Assembly: GCA_964016885.1 (NCBI GenBank)
Contig: OZ024741.1
Coordinates: forward strand, 53,816,001 to 53,880,000
Source of the DNA: Eledone cirrhosa
Lineage: Eukaryota
DNA: 64,000 nt
Direction of reading: 5' to 3'
Below, piece by piece: positions 14,597 to 28,361 of this stretch (position 1 is its first letter; each line of letters opens with the position of its first letter). Made by a program: the position numbers and the translations under genes. Under the pieces are notes generated by a model. The model did not search any database and had not been told where the DNA came from. It saw only the letters and a program-made list of their open reading frames with translations.

Positions 14597-14879
14597 TTAC
14601 ATGCACACATACTCTTTTACCCACATATACACACATATCTCTTCTTAGCTTCGTACGGAACTATAATAACACACACACACACACACACACACTCATGCTT
14701 ACACACGTGCTCAAGTACAGCTCTTTTTATAAAATGTTTTTTTTTTTCCATTTCAGCTAGACGCGCTCCATTATCCACTTTTCTAAAATACAAATCATAC
14801 ACAAAACACCAGCACCAACAATTTTGCAAGAGATGTCAACATGAATGGACCTATTATTTTTATCTAAAGACAGTTTTTC

Positions 14880-15050
14880 CAATTCCATCCCGCCCGTCCC
14901 CTTAATCTATGTTATTTCTCATTCTTTCTTCTGATGAAGGACTAGCGTCCGAAACATTAAGACCCTCTTCCTGCTATATCAAGCGTTAACCTAATATATA
15001 CTTTCCATATACTGTACCGATTGTGTTGTTATTTCTGTTAACCTTTTACA
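14880..15050 (+). mobile_element. Family A repeat with minimal hammerhead ribozyme (14927-14962)
   Basis: TCTT-CTGATGA-A-GGAC-TAGC-GTCC-GAAACATT-AAGA. Confidence 0.75.
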
Positions 15051-15211
15051 TTGCTAGGGTTTGTTCATTTGCTATGAAAAGTTACATACAGGTAAACGTG
15101 GCTTGAAAGCGAATAAGGTTATCAATTAAGTGCATAAAGTAGTTGAACCGGTTATTAAAAGTTACGAACCAATTAGCATTTTTGACAATCAGTGATGGGT
15201 TAATAATCTTC

Positions 15212-15565
15212 CAATAGCGAATTTAGCCCTGATGCCGCTGGGTGTCAGATCTATCCGCCATGGGTGACCCTACCAGGAAATACTTTTCCAGACGGCATAG
15301 CTCCAACAGCTCCAACACCTGCACCAACATCTATAGCACCTCTTTGTAGACGATATTGCGTGTCATCCTTTGAGGAGTGTAAGCAAAAAGTCCATTCCTG
15401 CTCCCTACGCGGAAACAGGCAACATAAATTGGCCACCGACAATGTTTGCCCTTGTGACTTGTTAATGGACATGGCAAAACATGGTCTCACCGGGAATTGG
15501 GATCGCCGGAAATCTAACGGGATATCTGACGTCGAGGGGAAAAGGTTCATCCTTGACAGTGTATT
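15212..15565 (-). mobile_element. Helitron 3' end (PIF1-like helicase C-terminus)
   Basis: FRRSQFPVRPCFAMSINKSQGQTL, then in another frame YVACFRVGSRNGL...TRNIVYKEVL*; GC hairpin-like sequence and CTAT near 15214. Confidence 0.85.
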
Positions 15566-15829
15566 CGGCAGAATTGCCAGAAGTACAACACTATGGGTGT
15601 TGTTATATTAATATTTAACCAATTAAAGTCATAAAAAATAAATAATTTAAACATTCCGATTCATATGTCTGTAGCATTAATCTGTTATATGAAGTGTTAT
15701 TTTGCGGGTTGTTATTTGCAATAAGCCGATTTAAAATGCCCCAGAAAAGCCGTATGTCAATACGGAACTCCAATGACTCCCCCAGCAGTTAAATTATAGA
15801 GAGGGGGAATTATCTATTATAGAGAGAGG

Positions 15830-15955
15830 CGGATTAAACTGGAGCAAGGTGAAATAAAATGACTAACTCAATGACACAACACACCACTCATTCCAGGAAT
15901 CGAACTAACATCCTCACCCATATGAATCCAACTTTCTACCTACGAAGCCACACGT
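15830..15955 (-). mobile_element. tRNA-derived SINE, second family, decayed
   Basis: Minus strand GTGGC..GGTAGA...GTTCGATTCC...GTGTTGTGTCATTGAG..TTTATTTCACCTTGCTCCAG. Confidence 0.6.
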
Positions 15956-16054
15956 CTAGTCTAAGTGTAAACAAGAACAACATAAAAAAATGATATATAA
16001 TTTTATTTACGTTTACCAGCTAATATCAAACGTCTATTAAGGGCAAAGGTGTAG

Positions 16055-17040
16055 AAATGATGGTTTTAGTAGTGGTGAAGGTGGTGGTGGTAATGTGGAC
16101 GTTGGCGATGGTGGTGGCGACAGTTGTGGTTGTAGTGATAGTAATAGTGGCGGTACTGTTAGTGGTGTTGTTGTTTGTCCTGGGAGCGGTGAGTGCATGT
16201 GGGGATTTGATGGTTGGGAGTTTGGGACCGAAGCTCAACGAATGAAACGTTAGTCAGCTATGTTATGGGACCTGTTTTCGTTCGATCGACGTAATGATGC
16301 GTGGTCCTTGTGAAAATGTAAGATACCATCACCATCGTCGTCATCATCATCATCATCATCAACATCAGCCTCATCATCATCAGCATCATCATCATCACTA
16401 TTACCACCATTACCATTATTATCATCCACATCATCATCATCATTAACACTGTTATCACCTTTAACACGACCACCGTCGTCATCATCATCGATATTCTAAT
16501 GTAGTACTAGCACAATGCCCATCATCCCCCGCCCCTCCCCTCACTACCAGCAACATCATTGCTGGTAATAGTGGCAGTGATCGCGAGGGTGTGTGTAGTG
16601 GGTTGATAGTAGTTATGGTGATGGAGGGATGGTGGTGCTGCTAGTGGAGATGATGGTGGTGGGGCTGGTAGTGGAAATAGTGGAGGTGGTGGTGGTGGTG
16701 GTGGTGGAGGTGGTGGTGCTGGTAGTGGAAATAGTGGGGGTGCTGGTGGTGGAGGTGGTGATGCTGGTAGTGGAAATAGGGGTGATGATGGTGGTGGAGG
16801 TGGTATGGTGGAAGGAATATTATAGTAGTAGTAGTATTGATGCTTAGGCATCTAGTAGTTGCGGTTGGCGATAGTGGTGAGGTTTGCTGTTACTGATGTC
16901 AATGATAGTCGAGTTTGCCTCTTTTTGATAGAGTTACTTTCATGCTGATGTTAGTGGTGTAGTATGGTGGTTTCAATGATGTTGGTGTTGGTAGTAGTGT
17001 TTGTAGTAGCGGTTGAAACGATGGCAGTTGTAGTGGAGAT
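16055..17040. repeat. (GGT)/(CAT) low-complexity region with short GGTGCTGGTAGTGGAAATAG-type repeats
   Basis: Direct reading of the sequence. Confidence 0.8.
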
Positions 17041-17534
17041 AGAATACGTGATATGAACGTTGTTGGGGTGTGGGGCTGACGTCATTATTTCGTCACGGAA
17101 CACTGGGCAGATAAATAATTTATTGAAGTTCGAAACCTCCCCTTCCAGTTCACATCCCCCACTATGCTACAATACACAGACTCAGAGAAATAGACATAGT
17201 TCCATGCATCTGCATATCCGTGCAGAGACACGAACACATCAACTTATACATATACTATGTGTGTTTGTATGTATGTATATATGTATATATGTATGTGTGT
17301 ATGTATGTGCGTATGTATGTGTGTGTGTATGTATGTTTGTATGCATATATGTATGCATATATGTATATATATATATAGAGATACATACACACGCACACAG
17401 ACATTAATTATATATATATATGTATGTGTATATATTTATATATATGTATGTATATATATGTGTCTTGGTACCCTTGAAATATATATAATAAAATAAATAG
17501 GGTTTTATAAATATAGTTTCCATTTATTTAATAT

Positions 17535-17645
<111 letters not shown>

Positions 17646-17889
17646 TGTGTGTGTGTGTGCGCGCTCGTGTTTGTGTGTGTGTACAGGAATATGTATAGCT
17701 GGCTAGCTAGCTAAATAGATAGAGAGAGAGGAAGGAGTGGTGGGGGGGGGGGGAGAATTGCTCATGTACATAGACGCACACGTGTGTTCACGATTGTGTA
17801 AAAATTCATGACCAGCATTTAGTCCAGCACTCTAGCACACTGACCATAACTACTACACACACACACAGACACACACACACACACACACA

Positions 17890-17962
<73 letters not shown>

Positions 17963-18032
17963 TTAAATTGAGATGGTAAACAGAAAACAATAAAACGTGG
18001 AAGCGAAGAGGCAGTACAAATGTTATTATTAG

Positions 18033-18215
18033 TTTGGCAGTATAGGTAGAAAGTCGGACGCCATGCTTTCCAGCAGAGTTACGTCCCTTTACGATCTCAA
18101 TTCAAATCCCGCCGAGGTTAACTTTGCCTTTCATCCTTACGGGGGCGATAAAATAAAGTACCAGTAATGCACTGGTTAATTGCTGGCCTTGTACCAAATG
18201 TGGAAACAATTATTA
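18033..18215 (+). mobile_element. Main-family SINE
   Basis: A/B boxes, conserved centre, GGCCTTGTACC...GAAACAATTATT tail. Confidence 0.9.
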
Positions 18216-18316
18216 GTTTCACGCTTGAGAGTGGAGTGTGATATATATATATATATATATAGTCCAGAAATAGCCGTCGAAACGGCTTGAGCTCTGCCGT
18301 CGGGGTCAACCATTTT

Positions 18317-18354
<38 letters not shown>

Positions 18355-18725
18355 CATGGCAGCGATGATAAAGGACAGAAACCGCTGGAGAGAATTCGCA
18401 CATGGACCTCGGGAATTTTACCCGACCTAGATATATATATATATATACATATATATATGTGGCGGGGGGGGGGTATGCGGGTGCGTGTGTGTGCGTGTCC
18501 GCTAGGAGCTTTTCCCCAGCGAACTTCACTTAGATATCATTGGTCAATTTGAAGGTACATTAGAAGTTGGTAAAACATCTCACACTAGGACTAAGCCTGA
18601 ATCGAAGTGGTTTCATCGAGAAGCTATGAAAGGTATAGCCACGCTTTAAATTGTATGACTGTACTTATACATAATATACATACATAGATATATGCATGCA
18701 TACATATATATATATATATATACTG

Positions 18726-18794
<69 letters not shown>

Positions 18795-18859
18795 ATATAT
18801 GCATATATCTATGTATGTATATGTACAGTCATAGAATTTAAAGCGTGACTGTACATTTC

Positions 18860-18949
<90 letters not shown>

Positions 18950-19619
18950 AAAAAAAGATGAAATCACAGATGTGAGAAAAACCACAGACCCTCCATCTCA
19001 ACTCTACTTTTGAAAAGCGAAACCGGTAAAGAAACCAAATAAATATATATATATTTTTTAAAATAAGACTCCAGTTGCATTTTCGATTCCATCTTTTTTT
19101 CTTTATACATTCACTCGTGTAGGACACCTCGGTTATTTTTCATTTTGTAAAAAAACCTGACTTTCTAATATATACATATACGGAATTATCTGAATTTAGA
19201 GCTCGTAGATATATGTGCCTTCATCGTAAAAAAAACAGAGGCAGTGTTATGATTGAAAGTAATTCATGCATGGCGGACAGCTTTCAATCTATGGAAATAT
19301 TCAGTCAGAGAATATTGGCAGCACTCTCACGTCAGATAATCTAGTGTAACAATTGACACAGATTTAGTAAAGTTCTCATAATTTGACAGTTTTCGCATGG
19401 CGTGCATTTCTTCCAAATTCAGAGAAAAACGCATAAAAATGCGAATTAATTTCGACCTGTTCCTCTCATCTCTATGCCACGCCCCTGCCAACACACCAAA
19501 ACACGAGCATATATATATATTATCATTTTCCGTTATTTTCCTTTAATTGTAATTTTTTTCATTACTTTATTATTTCTTCCTTATTATCATTATTAATATT
19601 AATATTAATATTAATATTA

Positions 19620-20373
19620 ATCAAATCCCGCCGAGGTTAACTTTGCCGTTCATCCTTACGGGGTCGATAAAATAAAGTACCAGTTCTGTACTGGGTATTT
19701 GCTGGCCTTGTGCCAAAAGTAGAAACAATTATTAATATTAATAGGGCGGTGAATTGGCAGTATCGGTAGAGGGTCGGACTGCAGCATAGTTAGGTCCCTT
19801 TACGGTCTGAGTTCAAATCCCGTCGAGGTTAACTTTGCCTTTCATCCTTACGGGGTCGATAAGATACGGTACCAGTAATGCACTGGGGGCCTCGTGCTAA
19901 AAGTAGAAACAATTATTAATATTAATAGGGTAGGAGATTGGCAATATCAGCAGAGCGTCAGACATTAGGTTTTGCAGCATAGTGTTACGGCCCTTTACGG
20001 TTTGAGTTCAAATCCCGCCGAGGTTAACTTTGCCTTTCATCCTTACGGGGTCGATAAGATACAGTACCAGTAATGCACTGGGGTAATTGCTGGCCTTGTG
20101 TCAAAAGTAGAAACAATTATTAATATAACTAGTTAAGTTAGAGATAATATGTTTATATTATGTATGGTTTATACATTTTGGCAGTATCAGTAGAGCGTCG
20201 GACAACATGCTTAGCTGGATAGAGTTGCGCCCTTTACGCCCTGAGTTCAAATCCCGCCTTTCATCCTTACGGGGTCGATAAAATAAAGTAGCAGCAACAA
20301 ACAGGGGTCGATTTAATCGACTTTCACCTCCCCCAAAATTGGTGGCCTTGTGCCTATATAGGGAACCATTATT
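19620..20373 (+). mobile_element. Head-to-tail array of four main-family SINEs
   Basis: Copies at ~19620-19740 (5'-truncated), 19744-19921, 19928-20125 and 20177-20373, joined mostly by ATT/AAT tails. Confidence 0.9.
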
Positions 20374-20384
20374 ATGCAATATGC

Positions 20385-20720
20385 AGAACGTGCTTCCTAA
20401 CCCAGTCGAGGCAACTGACCTTTGGAACAATATCCGGGGATTACTTTCTCCTCATAATAAGGAGACAGTCTGGCTTAAAAGAGAAAACATCCACTAAACC
20501 AGAATGTGAAATAAGATAATATCAGCATTTACACCACTGACATCAAACAGTTTGCTACAGGAATGGCAAGCTGGATGGCACCTGGTACCGAGGTTAATTT
20601 CAGCTATTCTGAACTTAAATTTATTTAAAGGTTCCTCTTTTGTATGATTACGGGCTTTACAGGAAGAATGGCTCAGCAATTTCTTGTTTATATTGATATG
20701 CGACACTAATGAGTAAATTA
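20385..20720 (+). pseudogene. Decayed R4/Dong-like retrotransposon fragment (pre-RT region)
   Basis: PNPVEATDLWNNI...HNKETVWL...ISIYTTDIKQFATGMASWMAPG parallels PGAEQAKTFWRGIW...HNAQAGWI...LSITVETLKGQAKKLTNWKSPG in the 50.9-kb element. Confidence 0.6.
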
Positions 20721-20801
20721 TTTTCTACTCTGACGTTCTGTCTTTGCATGCTCCTTCATGCAAATTGTGCTTGTCTTTACACACGTACACACACATGCAT
20801 T

Positions 20802-20868
<67 letters not shown>

Positions 20869-20966
20869 ATGTGTATACATATATATATATATGTATATAT
20901 ATATATGTATATGTATGTGTGTGTGTATACACATGTGTATATATATGTATATGTATATACATGTAC

Positions 20967-21028
<62 letters not shown>

Positions 21029-21047
21029 ATGTGTGTATGTGTGTGTA

Positions 21048-21152
21048 TGCAGGGTGTCTTAAAAAAATGTATACACACTTTGATTACCTGTACAGGCAAT
21101 ATTTATTAGAATGCTGTTGAAATGTGTATACATATTTCGGGGACACACTGTA
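21048..21152. mobile_element. ~100-bp Tc1/mariner-type MITE
   Basis: CAGGGTGTC...GGGACACACTG TA; same interior as 11751-11854. Confidence 0.8.
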
Positions 21153-21501
21153 TATATTACATTGACAGATCTGACATACAGCAGACTCGTATTTCATTGT
21201 AGTCATTTAATCAGTCTGGACATTTTGGAACGATTCGATATTTTCTCTTCTCTTTATAGGAGAGCTCTAAAAAATAGGAGTAATATTCATGAGTTAGATA
21301 AGCCGGATCTGTTAGTGCAATAAATAAATGTATACCACAAGTCATCCCTCACATTGACCTGTTATTACGTAAACACTCATATATATATATACACAGATAT
21401 GAAAACTTACGTATATGTAGTGTGTAAGTGCATGTATATATATATGCATGTGTATATATATATATATATATAGTAATAATGATAATCTGTTATTTTAATA
21501 A

Positions 21502-21539
<38 letters not shown>

Positions 21540-22439
21540 GTACTCATACAGACATTGACAGACTCACAAAATCACACGACACAAAAAATATTTCAATGGC
21601 ATAAAGTAAACACTTACCCGACCGAAACTCACAACTAATATAGATTAGAAATTAATTAAATCCTTTGAGGCACGACACTTCACACATTTTACAATTGTAG
21701 ATTTTACTTCTTTTATTTACAAACGGCAAAGTGTCTTTACTGATTTCCTTGCACCTTTCAGTGACGTCTCGCTTTTCAAGTTACGCGTTCAAATCCCGAC
21801 GGAGCCAGAATTTCCGTTGAATCTTTTTCATCTTTCGGAGAGTTAATTTGCTAAGTATGTAACAAACACATATATAATGAGGTCATTCTTATCGATTCGA
21901 CACCCTACTTGCAAATTAATCCTGCTTTTTTTTTCTTTTTGTGGTACACGGTCTCGAATTTATATAAATATATATATATATATACATATATATATAAATA
22001 TATATATACATATATATAAATATATATATATATACATATATTTATACATATATATATATTCATACAATTACCTGTGTATGTATGTCGCCGTATATGAATT
22101 CACCAACACAAACGCACACACATACGCCATATTGCATAGGCGGACACACAAGCGTATTTCTGCATGTGTGTAATTGTCTCCGTCTTAGTGTAAGAGAGTA
22201 AGGCAATCTTTTAGAGTGCATATGTTTAAGCTCACGATGACATCTAACATATTTAGAAAGAGATACATAGAAAATATATAAACTAAACTATGCAAACTCT
22301 GCCATTTCTATCTATAATGTATTTATTGATATATGTTCACATATTCAGGCGCATATATTTCATGATGTTGTATGTGCGTAAAATTAAACACACAGACACT
22401 CACACATACCTCACACCCACACATTTTAAAACAACATGT

Positions 22440-23441
22440 GTTCTTTTTCTTCTCCTTTTCCTCCTTCTCGTTCTTCTCCCCCTCCTCTTCCTCCTCCTCC
22501 TCGTCCTCATCCTCCTTATTCTTCTTTACCCACTTGTTTGTGAGAGTGTCGTGGGGTCATTGATATCAAACACTGCTTCAAGTGCGTCCTGTCAGAAGCA
22601 CAGTTTCCACCTGATCCAGTTGTATCACCAAGCGAGACCAGTCGAACTCAAAGATCTTAGCCAACCATATTACCTTGGGAGTCTACCACTTGTACTCCTG
22701 CCGTTTGGTTTTGCCTATAAAATGTGTCCAGCGAATCTTTCCTGAAACATTTTAACCACATGCCCATAGGATTGGAGCACAAATCTCTCAACTCGGAGAA
22801 GTAGCAGTTCTACATGGAGCGACTCTGATCTCCGAGCTACGTACTCTATCAAGTAACGTTACACGAAAGCTGTTGGGGGGAATCCCATTTAGGCCGCTTA
22901 TATTCGCGACTGTATACTTTCGGTCATTAACCAAGATTCATGATGTTAGGTATTGATTGGATAGCGAGTTTGGCTTTTACATCTACCTCACCTTTCCTGA
23001 TTATCGAATACTGAATCTAGCACGTTACTGCAACAGCTCCTGTAATCCCTGCACTTATTTCAGCCTCCTGCATTCCATCACTCGTGAACAGGGCCCCGAG
23101 ATACTTGAACTTCCCCCACCTCACTGACGTCAGTGGAGCTCCATTCACATGCAGAGTACACTGGGCAGGCTTCTTTGAGATGACGAGTGTCTCAGTTTTC
23201 GCAGCACTGATTTTCATTCCGACGATGGAGGACTCGGCATCAAACCTATCAAGTGGAAGTTGGAAATCAACTTCTGTCGTGCTATCAAATACCTTTGTAA
23301 ATTTCAGCCGACTGATTCTACACATGACAGTAGTGATACCACATCCAAACCGGCTGCACATGTCAATCCTGTTGATGAAAATAATGAATAGGAGAGGTGA
23401 CAGTACGCATCCTTGGTGGTGTCCGACTTCCATTTTGAATG
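22440..23441 (-). mobile_element. Second 5'-truncated RTE LINE copy, same family as 12.2-13.1 kb
   Basis: QGCVLSPLLF and KFKYLG motifs; collinear with the first copy; degenerate CTT/CCT tail. Confidence 0.85.
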
Positions 23442-23446
23442 TATAT

Positions 23447-23486
<40 letters not shown>

Positions 23487-23488
<2 letters not shown>

Positions 23489-24036
23489 GGTTTGTTGGTT
23501 TGCCACTGGATAGAACTGGTCATTCCGTGTAATCAACCTCGATGTAATATTATGGAAAGCACTCAACGTAATACAACACACCCGTCTTCGTTTGTGTAGT
23601 TGGTGGTGCGAATATGGAGTTAATTATTATAAAATAACAGGAGGGTGGACTGGTGTTCTTCCTTGAAAGGTTTATTATACTATGATCATTTGAATGACCA
23701 GGTTCAGTATGAATCTGGTGACATCATCAGGTATTTGAAATATAACAAAGGAATACAATAGACAAAATCCATGGGGCTGATACATCAGAGACATGAGGGC
23801 GACCGAACATTCAGCATCTTCTACCCTGAGGGCGACCGACCAATGTAGAAGATGCTGAATGTTCGGTCGTCTTCATGTCTCTGATTTATCAGCCCCATAG
23901 ATTTTGTCTATTGTATTACTTTGTTATATTTCAAATACCTGATGATGTAACCGGATTCATACTGAACCCGGTCATTGAAATGACCATAGTATAATAAACC
24001 TTTCAAGGAAGTACACCAGTCCAGCCTCCTGTTATT

Positions 24037-24044
<8 letters not shown>
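23487..24044. mobile_element. Fold-back hammerhead element 1
   Basis: ~200-bp arms 23625-23824 / 23845-24044 with a 20-nt loop; hammerhead motif at 23935-23992; (TA)n on both sides. Confidence 0.85.
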
Positions 24045-24067
<23 letters not shown>

Positions 24068-24184
24068 TGACGTCAATACTCATCTTTTTCCATTTCTCCG
24101 AGGGTTCTTAACCCCACTATCAGGCTAAATAATTTCTTTAATTTCTTTAGTTAAAATACGGCGATAGCTTACATTTCTAAAAAA

Positions 24185-24251
<67 letters not shown>

Positions 24252-24259
<8 letters not shown>

Positions 24260-26222
24260 TACAAATATTAATAAAATAGATGTTCTTTTTATCAATTACA
24301 TTTTATTATACATATTTCAGATATACAACAGTACGTCCTCATCAGACAAAATATAATGATACATGACATACCCTGAGATGTTAAATGGTTAAGATTTAAT
24401 CAAGGTAGTGTTTAACCTAAGAGAAAGTTTAACATTTATACCCTAATAATGAGAAAATGCGAAAACGTAATAAATTCAATAGAGAATGTGCGTGTAAGAA
24501 AAACGTTGCTTAATGTAACAGTTATAGAGATTTTAAAATGTATGATACTACAATTTATCAGGGAAAGCGGTCAATGAGAGCCGCTGAGATAATATATATA
24601 GAGAGAGGGAAGATAAGTGGTAATATATGTAGAAGGAGATTTTTCGAAAGTTAGACGGTTAAGTTTGAAAATATTTAATTTATGCTATTTTAGGGTGAAG
24701 AATCAAGATTTTAGGTTGTTTTTTTTAAATTGCAGGTTATTTATTAGTTTTGTAAATTCAATAAGTGTTTTAACATTTCTAAACTTCGGAATTTTATGAG
24801 GAAAACTTTTAAAGGATTTAGTTGGCCAGCGGAAAAGAAAGTTTACACTGTCGAATATTTTTCTAAATGTAAACTTTACCGGAGATATTCATTGTCAACA
24901 TATATGGTATGTAAATCTTATGAAGTATTTATTGTTATCTAATTAACTATTATGTATACATATATATATAGTAATGAGCCTGTATATTTTAGGTAAATGA
25001 TAACGAAAATAAAAGTAAAAATAAAATAATAGATTTAGGCATGCCAAAGTTAAATATATACGTATATATAAAAGGGTGTAAATGCATTGATTATTCATAG
25101 TTCAAAATAAATGATAATCAATAAATTTAACTAAAAATTATGTATAGAATGATACATGGAGGTTTATATGGATATAAATTAGGTATTATTGATATAAATT
25201 AGGTATTATTGATACAGTATACTTTAGGTAAATGATAACGGTTATAATTTTATATAATAAGTTTCGAAACGTGTTATAGTTAAATATATACATATATAAG
25301 AAAAGCAACACTGTTGAATATTTTCCTAAATGTAAATTTTACCGAAGATAATCAATTGTCAACATATGGTTTGTAAATCTTATGAAGTACTTATTGTTAG
25401 AAATATTTAATTAACGATTATGTATATAGATATTTATTAATGAGCCAGTATATTTTAGGTGAATGATAACGAAAAAAATATAATAGATTGAGGCATGCAA
25501 AGTTAAATATATATCAATATAACAGGGTGTAAATGCATTAATTATTCATAATTCGAAATAAATAATAATCAAAAACACATGAAAATTTCACAGTTAGAAA
25601 TAAGTTCCCTAAAAATGTATGGGTTGGATATTAAACTAAAATTTAAACCTTAGATAGGAAGATAAAGATAGAGAAATAAAGAAATAATGGTATGGATCAG
25701 AGTTAATAATTATAATATTATGTTATGTATATTAATGTTCCGGCATGTTATTGAACAAAGGATATATTACGTAGGGTTATTCTTTGGGAAGATAGAGATC
25801 ACGGGGTCAAGCCTATTCGGCTTTATTACTGTCCGTTTTGTAAATATCGAAATATCGAACCATGCCATTGTAATTACAACCACAACCACCAGCAACACCT
25901 ATGCTATCACCACTACGACCGCCACGAGATATATATGATATATATATCGATATATATCCTTAGGTTAATCACTACCTTGATTAAATCTTAACCATTTAAC
26001 ATCTCAGGGTATGTCATGTATCATTATATTTTGTCTGATGAGGACGTACTGTTGTACATCTGAAATATGTATAATAAAATGTAATTGATAAAAAGAACAT
26101 CTATTTTATTAATATTTGTATTTTAATATTAATAACTCTGGAAAATTATTTTCCATAGAGTGATTCCAATCTACTGTAAAACTCATTATTTGATATACTC
26201 ATTGAATCTTGTTTAACTCTTT
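24252..26222. mobile_element. Fold-back hammerhead element 2 with AT-rich body
   Basis: 170-bp arms 24252-24421 / 25959-26128, near identical; hammerhead motif at 26028-26080; internal direct repeat 24845-25121 / 25308-25572. Confidence 0.85.
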
Positions 26223-26396
26223 AATATATATATATATATATATATATTTATTAAAATAACAGATTAAAGTTTAAGCAAAGAATCGTTGCTTTCACCCTTA
26301 ACCGGATCTTCTGAAACTAACAAAGTCAATCTGTAAACGCAGAAGTGGATATTTCAAAAAACGTTGCAACCGGAGGAAGACAGGAAGACGATACTT

Positions 26397-26668
26397 TGGT
26401 TCGTGGAAACGTTCCCTGGCAAAGAACGGGAAAAAACGAATATAATACGTCATTAATAGGAGCGGGGGAAAACAATTACGCGCAAAGACAGAACTACGTT
26501 TATGGTATAAAAGAGGTCGTAGACTAATGTTCTCTTAGGTGGTTCATAGAGACGTTCTCTGGCAATGAACAAAAAAAAACGAAGATAATACGTCATATTT
26601 GGAGCGTGGAGAACAATTGCACGCAAAGAGAAAACCACGTAAATGGTAAAGCAGAAGTCGTAGACTAA
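26397..26668. repeat. Diverged ~140-bp tandem duplication
   Basis: ACGTTC.CTGGCAA...ATAATACGTCAT...GTCGTAGACTAA occurs twice. Confidence 0.75.
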
Positions 26669-27289
26669 AATTGTAACTAGGAGACCGAATGAATCTCCGC
26701 TTCAGAGTTAAGAATAAAGTAAATAAATACAATACAGAGGTAATAGAAATTATATAAATACATACACGCATACAAATACGTACATACACAAGCATACGCG
26801 AAAACACTTACCATAGGTATACAAACCCACGCTCATATAAATATGTGTGTGTGCGTGTGTGTGTGTATACAAATAAATAAATCATTAAATAAACGTATAT
26901 AAATAAATAAATACGTATATAACAAACGCACACACATACCTACATGTAAATACACGAATGTTCGGAGACGTAAGTCAACCAAAACATGAAGTACACATAT
27001 ACACACATCCTACATACGTACGAACCTGCATACTCACACATAGGCAAAACTCCCGTATACACATAACCAAACCATATGTACCAGAATAAATAAAATTATA
27101 CGCCATAACATATACAATCAAATATACGTACGAGAAAGTATACGTACCTTCACAAAACATGCAGGTAATATATACTTATACCTATGCAAATAAGTAATGG
27201 TATAAACAAAACATATACTTAGCTACCACATCAAGACGTAAAATCACCACGTATAGATCGTACTATCCGTTAGGGTATAACGTGGGGCT

Positions 27290-27840
27290 GTAATACAGGA
27301 AAGTTTTGTGCAATTTATGTTTACAAGCCGAAATTGCCTCAGATTTTTTGTTTAAGATGTGGTCTGTGGCGTAGAGTATTTACAGGGCCTCAGCGGCGCA
27401 GAGGTCACATGGTCTTTTATTTCCGGAATACCATCTAGCCCTAGCTAGGATCTCCCAGTATAACTTATATTGGGTGTGGTTGTCTTTTAGACTCCAGATA
27501 TAAGCTGAAAGTGACGTCATATTCCTTCTTAGAGGGTAACGAAAAGAATGAGTATGCATGTAAAGACGCTGCTTGAATCTATTGGCGGTTAACCCTATGT
27601 AGGCCCTACGGGCCGTGGGTGTTTCAACCTTACATTTGTAGACAATGTTACTAGAGAGGCATTTCCAGGATAGGGGCAATCAACCCGATTCCTACAATTA
27701 CAGTTAGTACTAACTACAGGGTTGCACGTGTTCCCACGGCTAGGTAGTTTAGCTAAATTTGAAGCTGTGATGTTATGTGCAAGGTTAGGAGTCGTAGAGT
27801 AAGAAATTTTAATAGTATTTCTATTAAAAATGTTACTATT
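27290..27840 (-). pseudogene. Penelope-like element C-terminus with GIY-YIG endonuclease (frameshift and stop)
   Basis: IFNRNTIKISYS...CNCRNRVDCP / L..KCLSSNIVYKC...YIGLT..RFKQR..H..SF...TSLSAYIW.LK...CDLC..E. Confidence 0.9.
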
Positions 27841-27854
27841 ATTACTATTATTAT

Positions 27855-27915
<61 letters not shown>

Positions 27916-27920
<5 letters not shown>

Positions 27921-28361
27921 AAATAAAGATCCGAAGGCATGGTATAAATTTCCAATCATTTTAATCACGACACATGTTTCAATAAAAGATAGATCGATCG
28001 TGTAGCAATGATGAATTATCACTGATCTCATCAGGTGAAAATGAATTGTCTTGAAATCCTTGATATGGGGAACAAAATTAACAGTTTTCATTAACAAAGT
28101 TTAGTCCCTCATATGACGAGATCAGTGATAATTTATCATGGCTACAAGATCGATCTATCTCTTATTGAAACATGTGTCGTGATTAAAATGATTGGAAAAT
28201 TATACCATGTCTTCGGATCTTTATTTTGATACAAATACTCCGTTTTACATCATCTAGCTGTTCCCATTAATGGAATTGGAGATATACAAAAGCGTGGAGA
28301 ACTTAATATTGTTAACAACAATTTTATTGGACCGTTTGACACAACCAATAATAAACCTTAC
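27916..28361. mobile_element. Fold-back hammerhead element 3
   Basis: ~118-bp arms 27916-28033 / 28114-28231; minus-strand TCAC-CTGATGA...GAAACATGTGTC/GTGA; (TA)n on both sides. Confidence 0.8.

Noticed and set aside
19620-20373. tRNA gene cluster or CRISPR-like array
   Set aside because: The units are SINEs with A/B boxes but no cloverleaf, and there is no repeat-spacer pattern
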